DNA of 64,000 bases, taken from positions 1,984,001-2,048,000 of the forward strand of contig CDLV01000005.1 of NCBI GenBank assembly GCA_001244265.2, read 5' to 3'. Made by a program: the position numbers and the translations under genes. Each line of letters starts with the position of its first letter. Position 1 is the stretch's first letter. Shown in pieces: positions 1-10,823 of the stretch. Source of the stretch: Microbotryum violaceum. Its lineage: Eukaryota. The notes under the pieces are model-generated. The model ran no database searches, was not told the DNA's origin, and saw only the letters and a list, made by a program, of their open reading frames with translations.

Positions 1-250
1 TCATCGACGACTTCGGAACAGACCGCTTGTATCGTGTGGTCGCTGAGCGTATTCTGGCCAGCCGTGCGGATGCCGGAATATCGCTTCCACTTGGATGTGA
101 CCATGTCGAAGAGGAACCTTGTACGCGCCACTGCAAGAATGTCGCCAAGTGTCAGCATATTCGATTATGCCATGCATCTCGCCGGGAACTAAGGATCTCA
201 CGCTTGGCGACTTTCTTGGCGCGTGCAAGGTTCCTCTTCGACATGGTCAC

Positions 251-849
251 TGTAAGGGTTTGATCCTTCAAATGTCGCGAGAGCTGCTACAATCGACTGT
301 TGACTTGTTCTGGTCGTTTCAGGTTGATCCAAATTGAAGTCCTCCCAAAAGGTCTAAAGGAAAGAAAGACTATCCAAAGGTACTGTGACAAATCTATTCA
401 AATGAGAGGAGAGCAGAGCAGAGCCTCATCAGCAACTTTACCACGCGCGCTTCAGAACAGTCTAGAGCATGCGCAGTTCAGAGCCGTTCTAGATCAATTC
501 AGGCATAAAGCGCGTAAAGCGCATTCAGCCCTGCACTGCTAGATTGCTCTAGATTCTGTCTGGAAATCCAGATATTCAGTGCGCTTCCAGAGCTTCCAGA
601 GCATTTCCAGAGCATTTCCAGTGCAATTCAGAGCATTTCCAGAGCATTTCCAGTGCCATTTCAGACCAATTATGACATATTCAGTAAGTGTTATGTGCAA
701 TGGTATGATCTCATTGCATTTACAGCCAAACCTTCGAGACTCTACGTTCTTCTAAGAGCACAAGTTAGGCATCAAACCCGAACAAAGCCGCTTCAGCGCA
801 CGTTGTCTCAGTTGTGGGCAAGGCCCGTGGGAGGGGCGCATCCCTCTCA
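251..849 (-). repeat. LTR (minus orientation) interrupted by a ~385-bp insertion
   Basis: Homologous to solo LTR 9156-9357 and to rc of 1557-1782. Adjacent inverted polypurine tract TCCTCCTTCCC at 850-860. Confidence 0.8.
416..800. repeat. Insertion inside the left LTR with degenerate tandem ~11-mer GCATTTCCAGA
   Basis: Absent from the other two LTR copies, which read ..AGCAAGTTGTCTCAG contiguously. About 7 GCATTTCCAGA-like units at ~580-665. Confidence 0.7.
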
Positions 850-1074
850 TCCTCCTTCCCAAGTCCAGAATGGACTTCATCGTCGGGGACCTTAGTACGG
901 TTCGAATCGGAACGTCTTCATGCGTTCGTTCTCAAGCTTCCTAACTTGTTGTTGGAGGTTTTCCCGGTCGAGAAGAGTGCCTCACCGACCGACACTCCTG
1001 TTGTGGCCGAGCATAGGTGCGAGCTGGAGCCCGGTCACCCCAAAGACCGCTACAAGCTCAACCCACCGAAGCCG

Positions 1075-1514
1075 CTCGCAATTCGTGGCATTCAAGAGAT
1101 GCTTGCTGAACCATTTGGCGGTATTGTCTACAAGGTCTACTTCAAAGGGCAGACCAGCAAGAAGAGTGACGGTCAGCCTCGACGCTGACCACCCGGATCT
1201 GGGCACTGTGGGATGCCTACTACGCTGGCCACAGCACTCCATTGAAATTCTGGATGACCCGGGAATACCAATGCAAGGGCGAAGGCCCGCTTTGGGAAAA
1301 ATCACGGAACCTGGACACGGAGCGACAGGCAAATGGCGCTATCAGCTTTCATACAATGCGACTCCACGAACGTGATCTCGCGGATCAGGAAGGAAAAGCT
1401 GGCGGAAGGGTCACTCACATAGCCAAAATGCGTGTCGACCGGGAAAACCTCCTGCAACAAGTCAGGAAGCTTGAGGACGAACGCATGAAGACGTTCCGAT
1501 TCAAACCGCACTAA
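1075..1514 (+). pseudogene. Degenerate 3' end of a retrotransposon ORF, possibly chromodomain-like (Ty3/gypsy)
   Basis: Broken frames (IRGIQEMLAEPFGGIVYKVYFKG; REYQCKGEGPLWEKSRNL) loosely resemble a chromodomain. The ORF stops at 1514, just before the PPT and LTR. Confidence 0.4.
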
Positions 1515-1545
1515 GGTCCACGACGATGAAGGCCATTCTGGACTT

Positions 1546-1556
1546 GGGAAGGAGGA
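1546..1556 (+). other. Polypurine tract (PPT)
   Basis: GGGAAGGAGGA immediately 5' of the TG that starts LTR 1557-1782. Mirrored at 850-860 on the minus strand. Confidence 0.75.
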
Positions 1557-1782
1557 TGTGAGGAGTGCGCCCCTCCCACGGGCCTTGCCCACAACTGAGA
1601 CAACTTGCTTTTCTCTCGTTTGAATAGATTTGTCACAGTACCTTTGGAGACTTTCTTCGAATAGTATTTCTTTCCTCTAGGCCTTTTGGAGGGGCTTCAA
1701 TTTGGATCAACATGAAACGACCAGAACACGTCAACAGTCGATTGTAGCAGTTCTCGCGACATTTGAGAGATCAACCCTTACA
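1557..1782 (+). repeat. 3' LTR (~226 bp, TGTGAGG...CCCTTACA)
   Basis: TG..CA termini with short terminal inverted repeat, preceded by a PPT, homologous to the solo LTR at 9156-9357. Confidence 0.85.
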
Positions 1783-4063
1783 GTCACATCCAAGATGAAG
1801 CGACATTCCGGCATCCGCACTGCAGGCCAGGACAACCTCAGCGACCACACGATGGAGGTGGCCTGTTCTGATGTCGTCGATGACCGCAAACCTCAGCTTT
1901 GCAAGCCGAGCAGCCGTGAGTGGCGCCCTCAGTCGACCACATACCGGACTTGGACTGACGAACGATCCCGCCGCCGGGAGCGAACACAGGACGCAGTCCA
2001 GGAGATGGGTTTTAATTCGGGAAAGGCGAGGAAGAAGAAGAAGAAGACCAAGACCACCAAAGATGAGAAGCAGATCGAGGATGGGAAACCCTAAGAAACG
2101 CGCTATCGAACAAGCTCTCTGGAGGATTCGACGTGTGCAAGGGAACTCGGGCGCGACTTGGGGTGGACCATCGGTGGGGCTTTCTCAAATTTATATAACG
2201 GGGTTTTTTAGACTTGTATTAACGTGTTTTTGGTGTTTGTAATGGGTGTTGCTTCGTGTGAAAAGTCTACAGGAGCAAGAAGAGAGCAATATGTACCTAC
2301 AGCACCTGGTCCAGCATTACTACAGCGTCCACCCTTGAATCTCGGCGGGCGTTTAGAAGCCGCAGCCGCAGGTAGTGATGAGTGATTTGAGAGGGGCCTT
2401 TGCAATAGCAGACTTGACGAAGGATCAGGTGTGTGTGGAGGGTTATGGTATAGCAAAGACCAAAGGTGATATAAGAAGATAAGGGATGAAGCATGACTAG
2501 GAGCTCCTAAGAGACCCGGAGTGAAAGTAAGGAGAGAGCGACCGCAACAACCGAGAGACTGAGGTTAGAGCAGAGCGCGGGAGAGGGCTAGAAACGAGAA
2601 ACGAGAACGAGATCGAGATCGAGACGCTGAGACTGGGGACTAGAGAACGATGCGGAAAGAGACGTGAAACACGCTGAAAATGAGACCCAGGTAGTATGCT
2701 GTATGATTCTAGATTACCTGGGAGCAAGAAGCAAACTCCTTCGAAGTGTCCTAGTCATTCGAACCGCTCCGCTCCCTTCATTCCCCTTCACCGCCTATCC
2801 GCTCATTTCAGACGCTCTTCCCGCTTTTCTTGCGTCCTGTCCGGTCTTCGGTCCGAGTCCCGCTATACTTTACCTATCATGCTTGTTGTTTCCCGAATCT
2901 CCCACGCGCCAAAGTAAAGGGCCCGTTCTTAATCGCCTCCTTTTCCTCCTGCAAGCCGCCTTTCTCCCGTCCGGCGCGGTCTTCGGTGTGCATTTCCGCC
3001 GCCTGCATTCTTGTTTATAGTTGAACTTTGAGAGATGGATTATAGAACGCACTCGGAAGCGCTTTATCGATGAGATATCTGCCAAAACCGCTGTCGTTGA
3101 CCTGATCGATCGTCGGAGGTGACTCGTCATCGAGGCGCCAAAGTCTGGAACTTACTTCCGCTACAACCCCTCCTGTCCTTGACAAATTTGAATGTCGATT
3201 TTTCAGGTGGCCCTAGTACCAGGTGGTGTAGGGTGAACCTGCTATAAACCTCCTGAAGTTGGAAAGTTTCGGCGGGCGGGGTCGGGCCGTCCCGCAAGAC
3301 GAGCACAGTTGACATTCGGGTACATCGCGAATTTGTCCGAAGCCCGACGTTTTATCGTGGGCAAGTGCATCCCGAAATCACTCACCATTTCATAAGAATT
3401 ACTACCCTCGGAACTTGGAAACAAAGCGGTGCAGGACCCGCTGGCCGAACGGCGGGAATCCCGAGGCGGTGGTCGCCGAACCGCGAGAAAGGGGCTGACA
3501 TGGGAATAGGCGGCTTCTCGCAGAAACAACGGCGATCGCGGAGACTGGTTACCGCCGAAAAGGGTTTGCCCGAACTGAAAATTTGTCGTGAGTTGAGGAG
3601 AACTAATGGAATACAAACACCGAACATGGCGGAGTCACCTGATTCGGCCCGTGAGAGGGGCCTGAGTCTAGGAATGTGGAGTATTCCAACTTTTAGGGCT
3701 CCTGTGGTTTAGTGCAAGAGCGAACCTGGACACCATTCGGGCCGGCTAAATCCTCAAATGACAAAGGTATTTCATGTTTGTCGAGCAAATTCATCAATGA
3801 TGCTTTTGCAAACGTATTCGCTCATGGTTCAGTTAGTAGTCGTCCTTGATTCCTGTTGGTCCGCATCAAGCTTCATCCAAGACATCCAAGACAAGAGCTA
3901 TTCCGCCCTGCGGCTTGAACAGATCCGAGGATCCCCTAGAGCTCGGCCGATCTCAGGAGAGCAAAAGATGGCCCGGCGAATTCGATGTATGATAAGCCAA
4001 GTGGTGTTTGCATTCTCCTGTGTCTGAGATGGCGCAAACAGATGGTATAAGGTATTTATCGGT

Positions 4064-4097
<34 letters not shown>

Positions 4098-4150
4098 CGG
4101 CACCGGTCGACCTTCGCCCCGGTCGACCTTCGCCCCGGTCGACCTTCGCC
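4064..4150. repeat. G32 homopolymer followed by 3 x 16-bp tandem repeat CCGGTCGACCTTCGCC
   Basis: Directly visible: G run 4064-4095, tandem units ~4103-4150. Confidence 0.9.
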
Positions 4151-4404
4151 ACGGAAGATGGTCCTACCCGCGCGCGTGAGCCGACATCTTCCGCGCCCCT
4201 AACCGCGGGAGATGATTGGTGCTCCGAGGGACATTCATTTTCTGCGCGGCCTGGGGGACTCGTTGAGAGTGGCACGGACTATGCTGACCTATTTGTTCTT
4301 GGAGTTGTGTTTTTGCCTCACTGAACAGCTTTCTTTCTTCCTCCCTCTCTTTCCACCTGTGCAAGTTCACCTCAACCCCGCTGCTAATGTGCCGCAGCTC
4401 CAAC

Positions 4405-4997
4405 ATGGCTCGCCCCGGTATGTTGATACTCGCTCTTATTACCACCGTCGCTCCGATTGCTATCGCTTTGACGCATGTTGAGAATGCATGCGCCAAAGAA
4501 GCTGTGCTGCACAACGACCTTTCGGACGGAGCAAAGGTCAGTCTACATATCAAGGTCGGAGCAAGACCCTTAGGATCTTTTTCAACTGACCGAGTTGATG
4601 TTGTGTAACTCAGTGCAAGAGTATCACCGATTTGGGTTGCGTCTGTAGCGAAAGCACCGGTGACGCATTCCTACGATCCTTGGGGGACTACGTCAAAGAC
4701 GGTGAGCTTCCAGCTACTAAGTTCCCGTACCCTGTAGAGTCCAATCGTTCTGACCGAAACCCTTGCTGGCAAGGTCGGGGCAGGTGCCGAGAGCAATATT
4801 TCGCCAACATCCAAGCGTATGCGTGTGCGTATTGTCTTTTCAAAGACTTGGTGCCACCCCAATGTACGTGAGAGGGAGCAACATGGCGTGGAGGATTATG
4901 CTGAATGCTTGAAGCCCATCCACTTTGTCGCATGCACGTTCCAGCTTGTGGCAAGGCTTCCGTCAGCACGGTTCCTACAGAGTCGGATGTTCAATAA
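4405..4997 (+). CDS. Small secreted 8-Cys protein, CFEM-like (candidate effector A)
   Basis: Signal-peptide-like MARPGMLILALITTVAPIAIA. Exons ~4405-4536, 4614-4701, 4774-4863, 4945-4997. Motif CKSITDLGCVC; 8 Cys in the mature part. Confidence 0.75.
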
Positions 4998-5210
4998 AGA
5001 TGTGTCGTGGAAGATGTAAAGTCGGAGGGCCTGAGCCGTTTCTGCACATCCCCAGGCAAGAGTGTGTCGCTTATGCTCACAAGTCGGGCCAATTGTGCAA
5101 TCGAGCGTGTCAATTTCACACCATGACTCTGATATGAGATCACTTCAACAACATCGCGCGGCCCAGCTTTGATTGCAGATAATCGTCCTCTGAAGGGCTC
5201 TCTATCGATC

Positions 5211-7280
5211 TCACTCACACCCTACCAACGGCCCCACAACTCGATCCCAATTTTCTTGCCACGTACACCACTCTTCCCCCTCATCACCATATCGCATATC
5301 TTTGATCCCCTTGCGATATCGCTCTATTTCTGTCCTTTGCGGGTCTTTGAAGAGCTCCTGTACAATCGAGAACGATACATCCATCAGCAGATCCCCTTCC
5401 ATCAGTTTGGGTTAAGCAAAGCGACTCACCACGAGCAGGTCTGCGAGCCCTAGAGCATCGTCGAATACCCTCCCGTTCTTCCTGTCCATCACCAGCTCAT
5501 CGATACATTCAAACCCCAAGGCTAAAACGGGGAGATCGCAACCAAACATGTCGACGATTTTCATAGGCAGGTCAGCGCCGGATGAAGACATGTGGAGGGA
5601 GATGCCTAGGTCCGCTGAACCTGCGCACGTGAGCGAGCATGAGCACGAACCCAATGATCAGTACAAAGGTCCCCTCTGTGATCCGGGAAGACACTGACAT
5701 ACCTAACAACCTCGGGTAACCCTCCAGCGCCAACCAACTGGTCCGTACCCTCACAAAGTCCCACCCTTTCTCCAAACGCTCGACTTCGCTCTCGAACGCC
5801 TTCTTGCCTGCTCCTTTCCCCGTGATCATCACCAACAGCTTCGGCAATACCGTCCCATTCTTCGCAAAAGATGTCAAAGTATCCTCTGGTAATCCACCTT
5901 TACCCTGGGCATACGTCTGAGCGGCTTTCTCGTATACTTGCAAGGCACTAAGTAGAATGGAGAAATCTTCATCTGCGGTCCAAGAGGTCGCTGAAACGAG
6001 GAGGGCCGGTCGTTGGGAGGTCGGTAAAAAGGTAGGGTCGAGTTCGTCGTCTTTTGTGAACACCGTGGGTGAAGGCGAGCGGTAGAAATCTTGCAGTGAT
6101 GCGAGGAAGGGAATGCGCTTGAACAGCTGTATGTGATATAGAGTTTCAGAGTCCTGACCGGATCTTGAACAACCATAACAAGTTCCTGCGTACCGAATTG
6201 GCTTCCTGCCCTGTCTGTCGGCGGAAATGGTTCGGTGGTCGATCGTGAAAGACGGCGACTTTTCCCCTGTGATCAGAGAGGAATCCAGCAAGTCAACGCG
6301 TTGCTCGATGATGTTTTTGTTTAGATGAAGCAATACTTACTGTAGTGATATCTCTCTGGTGAGCTTCTTTCGCATCGCCTCGGTGACGCAAAGGTGAGCA
6401 AACGCCTTGCTGCCCCAGAAGGACTCGATCCTGCGGGTCGGTAATGTGGGGCCCCAAAGTCGCATCAGCAGTGGGCAGGCCGGTCGTGCAGGGGACAGGT
6501 GATCATGATCAGGCTCTGGCGTACCATTTCGCCAATTTGACGAGCGGACTCTGGCCCCCCAGCCTGAGTGCTAGGATCGAGGAACCGGTGTTGTGCCAAT
6601 CGATGATGAGGCGGGATTGTGGACAGACGAGTAGAGCGAGTTTGACGATGGGCAGCGTTGGGATAGACGGTGGGTTCTGACAGAGGAACAAGAACCGGGG
6701 ACGTCAAATTGAGACCAGAAGCAAAGGTTTCCAAGGCTTTCTTTCGACGATCACGTACTTGTACGAGTATGTACTCGGGGGTATGATCGAGCGTGAAGAC
6801 GAGTGCCGAGAACAGGGCCCACGCGCCGGCGAGGACTTTGAACGGGCTCAGCGCGATGAACAACGGCCGTGGCAAGGCGCTGACGAAGGCGAGTGGGGTC
6901 GACAGATGCACGAATTCGACCCGGTCCGAATTGGTCAATGCTTTGGGCGGGTTGGACCCTGGATAGATGAGAGACGCGTGTGAGGATGAGCTGCTTGAAT
7001 GCAGCTTCGGTTTACGCGGTCACGTGTTTCCTGGAAGTCGAAGCGAGCACAATGGCGCGTGGCGCGTACCTTTGTAAGCGACGATGGTGGTGTGGAATCC
7101 ATGGTCGACCAGGGATTGGGCATGGTAGAGCATCCGAGGGCTGTGGCCAATATCGCCAAGCACGACCACCGCGATTGAACGTGGCTTTACGCGACGACGG
7201 GAACGGCTGAGCAAGGGTAGGGAGAGCAGTACCAAGGGCACCGTTGGCAAGAGGGCCAGTCCCAGTAGTATGCCCGTCAT
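5211..7280 (-). CDS. ALG1: Chitobiosyldiphosphodolichol beta-1,4-mannosyltransferase (multi-exon)
   Basis: N-terminal TM helix; motifs [62 protein letters not shown]. Confidence 0.95.
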
Positions 7281-7627
7281 TCCCGGGAACCTAACGACGG
7301 TCAAAATCAAGAGCGATCGAGACAGAATGGAGTAAAGAATGCGGGGGAGTCAGGACAGAGGAAGAGTTGTCTTCGCGCGATCGTCTCCTTGCCTCTGTGA
7401 CTGACTCGACCGAGCTCGACCGTGACTCGATCGAACACACAATCCACCAACAGCACCCGAGTCATCCACAGCGCACTTTTATCTCACCCCTGTATTCACA
7501 CCTTCCAAAGTGAGTCGTTTGATCGCGTAAACTCAGCCTTGACCCTACGATCAGCCATCTCGCTGACATCATAAAACCCGTGCTCGACCTCCGCGCTTCG
7601 CAGCCCCACTTCCTCTCGTTTGACGCC
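7281..7627. promoter_or_regulatory. Short divergent (probably bidirectional) promoter region between ALG1 and SDO1
   Basis: Head-to-head start codons ~350 bp apart; GACTCGA/GAGCTCGA repeats at ~7403-7430. Confidence 0.5.
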
Positions 7628-8708
7628 ATGTTCAAGCAACCGGGAACACAGATCAAGTGTGGCACACCGTTCACGATGCTCGGAGTAGCATCGAATCTCT
7701 CAACCCGTTGTCTTGCTCGTCCCACAGGCTGACAAATGTCTCGATCGTGAGGCTTAAGAAGGCCGGCAAACGCTTCGAGGTACGTGCCGACTTCATCTAA
7801 TCTTCCCATTCGAAGCGGGAATCCGCCTCTTAATCTATGTTTGCCTATTCCTTAGATCGCATGCTACAAAAACACCGTCAAGGCTTACCGATCGGGTGCC
7901 CAAACCGATCTGTCTGAAGTGATCCAGATCGACAACGTCTTCACCAACGTTTCCAAGGGGCAGGTCGCACCTTCGGATGACCTCCAAAAAGCGTTCAACA
8001 CCACCGAGGTGCAGAAAATCATGATGGAGATTTTGGACAAGGGCGAATTGCAGGTTGGGGAGAAGGAACGCGCGGCCGAACTGGACGACCTGAGGAGGGA
8101 GATTTGCTCCGAGGTTGCAGCGAGGTGTGTCGATCCTGGTACGCAAAGACCACATACGACGGGGATGATTGAGAAGGCCATGAACGAGGTCGGCTACAGC
8201 GTCAAGAGTCACAAGAATGCCAAGGTTCAGGTAAGCCTCTCTCTCCCTTCTCTCCGACGACGAGTGCTCTGATGCCAAGCCGGTCATCTTTTCACCTAGG
8301 CCCTGGATTTGATCAAGGTGTTGCAAGCCAACAAGACATTACCGATCGCACGGGCCCGGATGAGGGTCAGGGTCACCATGCCAGCGAAAGAGGGCAAGAA
8401 GATCAAGGACAAGGTCTTGGCGCTCGTCGCTAAAGTCGAAGATGACGAATGGAACGACGAGTGGGAGCTTGCAAGTCTATTCATCAGCCTTTCTTTTCTA
8501 GAAAGACGAACGCTTACTGACTTTTGCTGTTGCTGTGCTTTTATGTTGCTGTGTCCGACGCCCATAGATCGCCTTGATTGACCCTGGATCGTTCAAGCTG
8601 ATCGACGAACTGCTGCATTCTGAAGTCAAGGCAGGCAAAGGGTGTGCTTCGGCGAAAATTGAGATGATCAGTTTCAGCGCCGTTGAAGGGGAGGAGAGGA
8701 TCGAATAG
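7628..8708 (+). CDS. SDO1: Ribosome maturation protein SDO1/SBDS (multi-exon)
   Basis: [62 protein letters not shown]; stop TAG 8706-8708. Confidence 0.95.
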
Positions 8709-9155
8709 CTTTCTGTAGGATTTCATGACGGGAATCGAGACGGCTGTACAACCGCGATCGCCCATGGCTTCGGCGTGTCTCTTTCTGTTGATCCTGCCGC
8801 TGGATAAACAACGGACGACATTGCCCAATGAGTGGACAATGTAATGCATGGCAGGCGAAGTACCAGGTTCTGCCAGTCTTGAATCTCGCCCAAACTAATC
8901 CACTTCGTATCATGACCTTGTATAGGGGAAACCGGGCGACCCTTACGCTGCAGTGCGGCTCACTGCACTAGATGCCCCTGTGAATGCGGTGGACAGGGCA
9001 ACACTACAGACTGCCCAGCAGCGCACGATGAGATCGGGCGTGGACGTCTGATCGTGTTATTCAAATTGAGTCAGCGGTACACTGATCAAGTCCAGCTTTG
9101 TCTCAACACCGCAAGGCCAAAGTCGAAAGCGACTATCGTCATCAGAGACAGGAGC

Positions 9156-9357
9156 TGTAAGGGTTTGATCCCTCAAAGGTCGCAAGAACTGCTACAATTG
9201 ACTGTTGACGTGTTCGGTTTGTTCCAGGTTGATCTTGTCTAAGTCGACTCAAGGAAAGAAAGACTATCCAAAGGTACTTGACAAATCTATTCAAACGAGA
9301 GGAGAGCAAGTTGTCTCAGTTGTGGGCAAGGCCCGTGGGAGGGGCGCATCCCTCACA
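9156..9357 (-). mobile_element. Solo LTR (202 bp) with 5-bp TSD GGAGC
   Basis: TGTAAGGG...CCCTCACA flanked by GGAGC at 9151-9155 and 9358-9362. Same family as the LTRs at 251-849 and 1557-1782. Confidence 0.9.
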
Positions 9358-10080
9358 GGAGCTAATTCTCAAAGGTGAGACTGGCGGGCGGTGCTGCCCG
9401 GATCATCAGGGGCTTCGTAGATGGCCACTTGCCGTAGTGGGCAACGGGGGAACAAGTAATGATTGCAAGCATACCAGCATCAAACATGTCTGGCCTATCC
9501 TAACTTGGATGCCAAATTGTTTGACACCGAACACGGCAAGAACCGTGCACCAGGTTAGGGGGACATCGGACTGGCTTACCTTGACGCAGCATCGCCGAGG
9601 CCGAACTCAGATGGGGCCTGAGGGTCCGGGTAGAGTGAGAAGCTACAGAAGCAAGCTTTTGGTAGAACGACAGTGCTAGCTTGATCGGGCAAGCGGTGCA
9701 TGAATGTCTCTAAACTCCACTTAGAAGGCGCGAGGTATTGAAACTGAACAGCGATGTGCTGAACGAGTTGGCGGCAGGGACGAGCCAATGAGTTCGTAAT
9801 CAAGTGAAGAAGAGGAGACAAAGACACGAATCGCGCGCGCGACTAATATAAAGTGGAGACGCGCGTAGTGCGGATTTAAGGCAAGAGTAATTTACTTCAA
9901 CACGAGGCTCGGCTGCAACAGCGCCATGTCAAACCGAGACAGCTGAATCAAATTTGAGGTCTCACTGGAACGGACTGAAACGGGACGAGATTGTGATGTG
10001 AGGGTGGAAAAACGGACCCACCTTCTTTCTCTTCATCTTTTGCTCTTCTCCTCTCCACATCGCAGCTTTCCAAGTCCAAC

Positions 10081-10823
10081 ATGGTTCGCTTCGGTCTCGT
10101 CGCCCTCACCTGCGCCTTCGCGACACTCGCCGCGGCCAAGAACGACCCTGAGAAGAATAAACACCATGATCTTACCCCCCCCACAGGAGGAGCAGGACGG
10201 TACTCCTGAGCGCTGTTTCGCCAGGAGCCTGAAAGATGTTATGAATTCGTGGGAACCGGTAAGTGTCAGGGCATGCCGACGTCAGGGTAAGGACTTCGGT
10301 GTGCTTCAGCAAAAACTGACTCCCCACGCACTGAGACATCCGGTAGTGCCCGGAACACGCCGAAAGCCCCAAGTTGAACGTGTCGAGGTTCCTCAAGTGT
10401 GCATGCACCAACGAAAATCCCTACGGCAATGGTACCTATGTCGACAAGTATTTTAACTGGCTGGCCAGTCGTGCTAGTCACCGTCAGTAGTCTCACCCGT
10501 GAAAAGCCATTGGACAGACGCTCACATATTCGCAATAACCTCTGATTTCTTGTTCACAACAGATTGCGTGGACAAAATTGGGGACGTGGTCGACCTTGGA
10601 TGCAAACACAGGGACTGCGACGCTAAGAAAGCAAAGAGTATGTCAATTGGCCCTTTGCCAGGGACTGCACCAGCATTCCTCGCCCGACCCAGTGCTTAGG
10701 CGCTCCGGCAAACAATAGTGTACACGACTGATGTCAGAGGTGCACGGCGTTATCTTGACAACAGTGTGCCAACCACCTCCGCCCCCTTCGGTCGCCTCCA
10801 AGAGGGAAACGGTTCACCTCTGA
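10081..10823 (+). pseudogene. Secreted 8-Cys CFEM-like protein B with a +1 frameshift (pseudogene, slippage allele or sequencing error)
   Basis: Signal peptide MVRFGLVALTCAFATLAAA. Exons ~10081-10258, 10347-10482, 10563-10637, 10765-10823. Exon 1 is one base too long (C8 run at 10175-10182), giving a stop at 10207. Confidence 0.7.

Larger units (their letters stand above)
251..1782. mobile_element. Inverted dimer of LTR-retrotransposon 3' ends flanked by a 5-bp TSD (GTCAC)
   Basis: Starts TGTAAGGGTTTGATC and ends GATCAACCCTTACA. GTCAC at 246-250 and 1783-1787. Arms 251-971 and 1435-1782 are imperfect inverted repeats. The empty site is at 61842-61846. Confidence 0.85.
1..2333. mobile_element. 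Foldback/palindromic repeat element, copy A (runs off the left window edge; interrupted at 250/1783)
   Basis: 1-250 is the reverse complement of 61842-62091 (one visible substitution). 1783-2333 matches both arms of copy B (rc of ~61410-61846 and direct ~61990-62630). Internal inverted repeat TGTGACCATGTCGAAGAGGAACCTTG (97) / CAAGGTTCCTCTTCGACATGGTCAC (ends 250). Confidence 0.8.

Noticed and set aside
251-1782. Ginger-type DNA transposon (TGT..ACA TIRs) or DIRS element
   Set aside because: The 'TIR' also occurs alone with its own TG..CA ends and TSD (9156-9357) and abuts a PPT, so it behaves as an LTR. DIRS elements make no TSD, and no tyrosine recombinase is seen.
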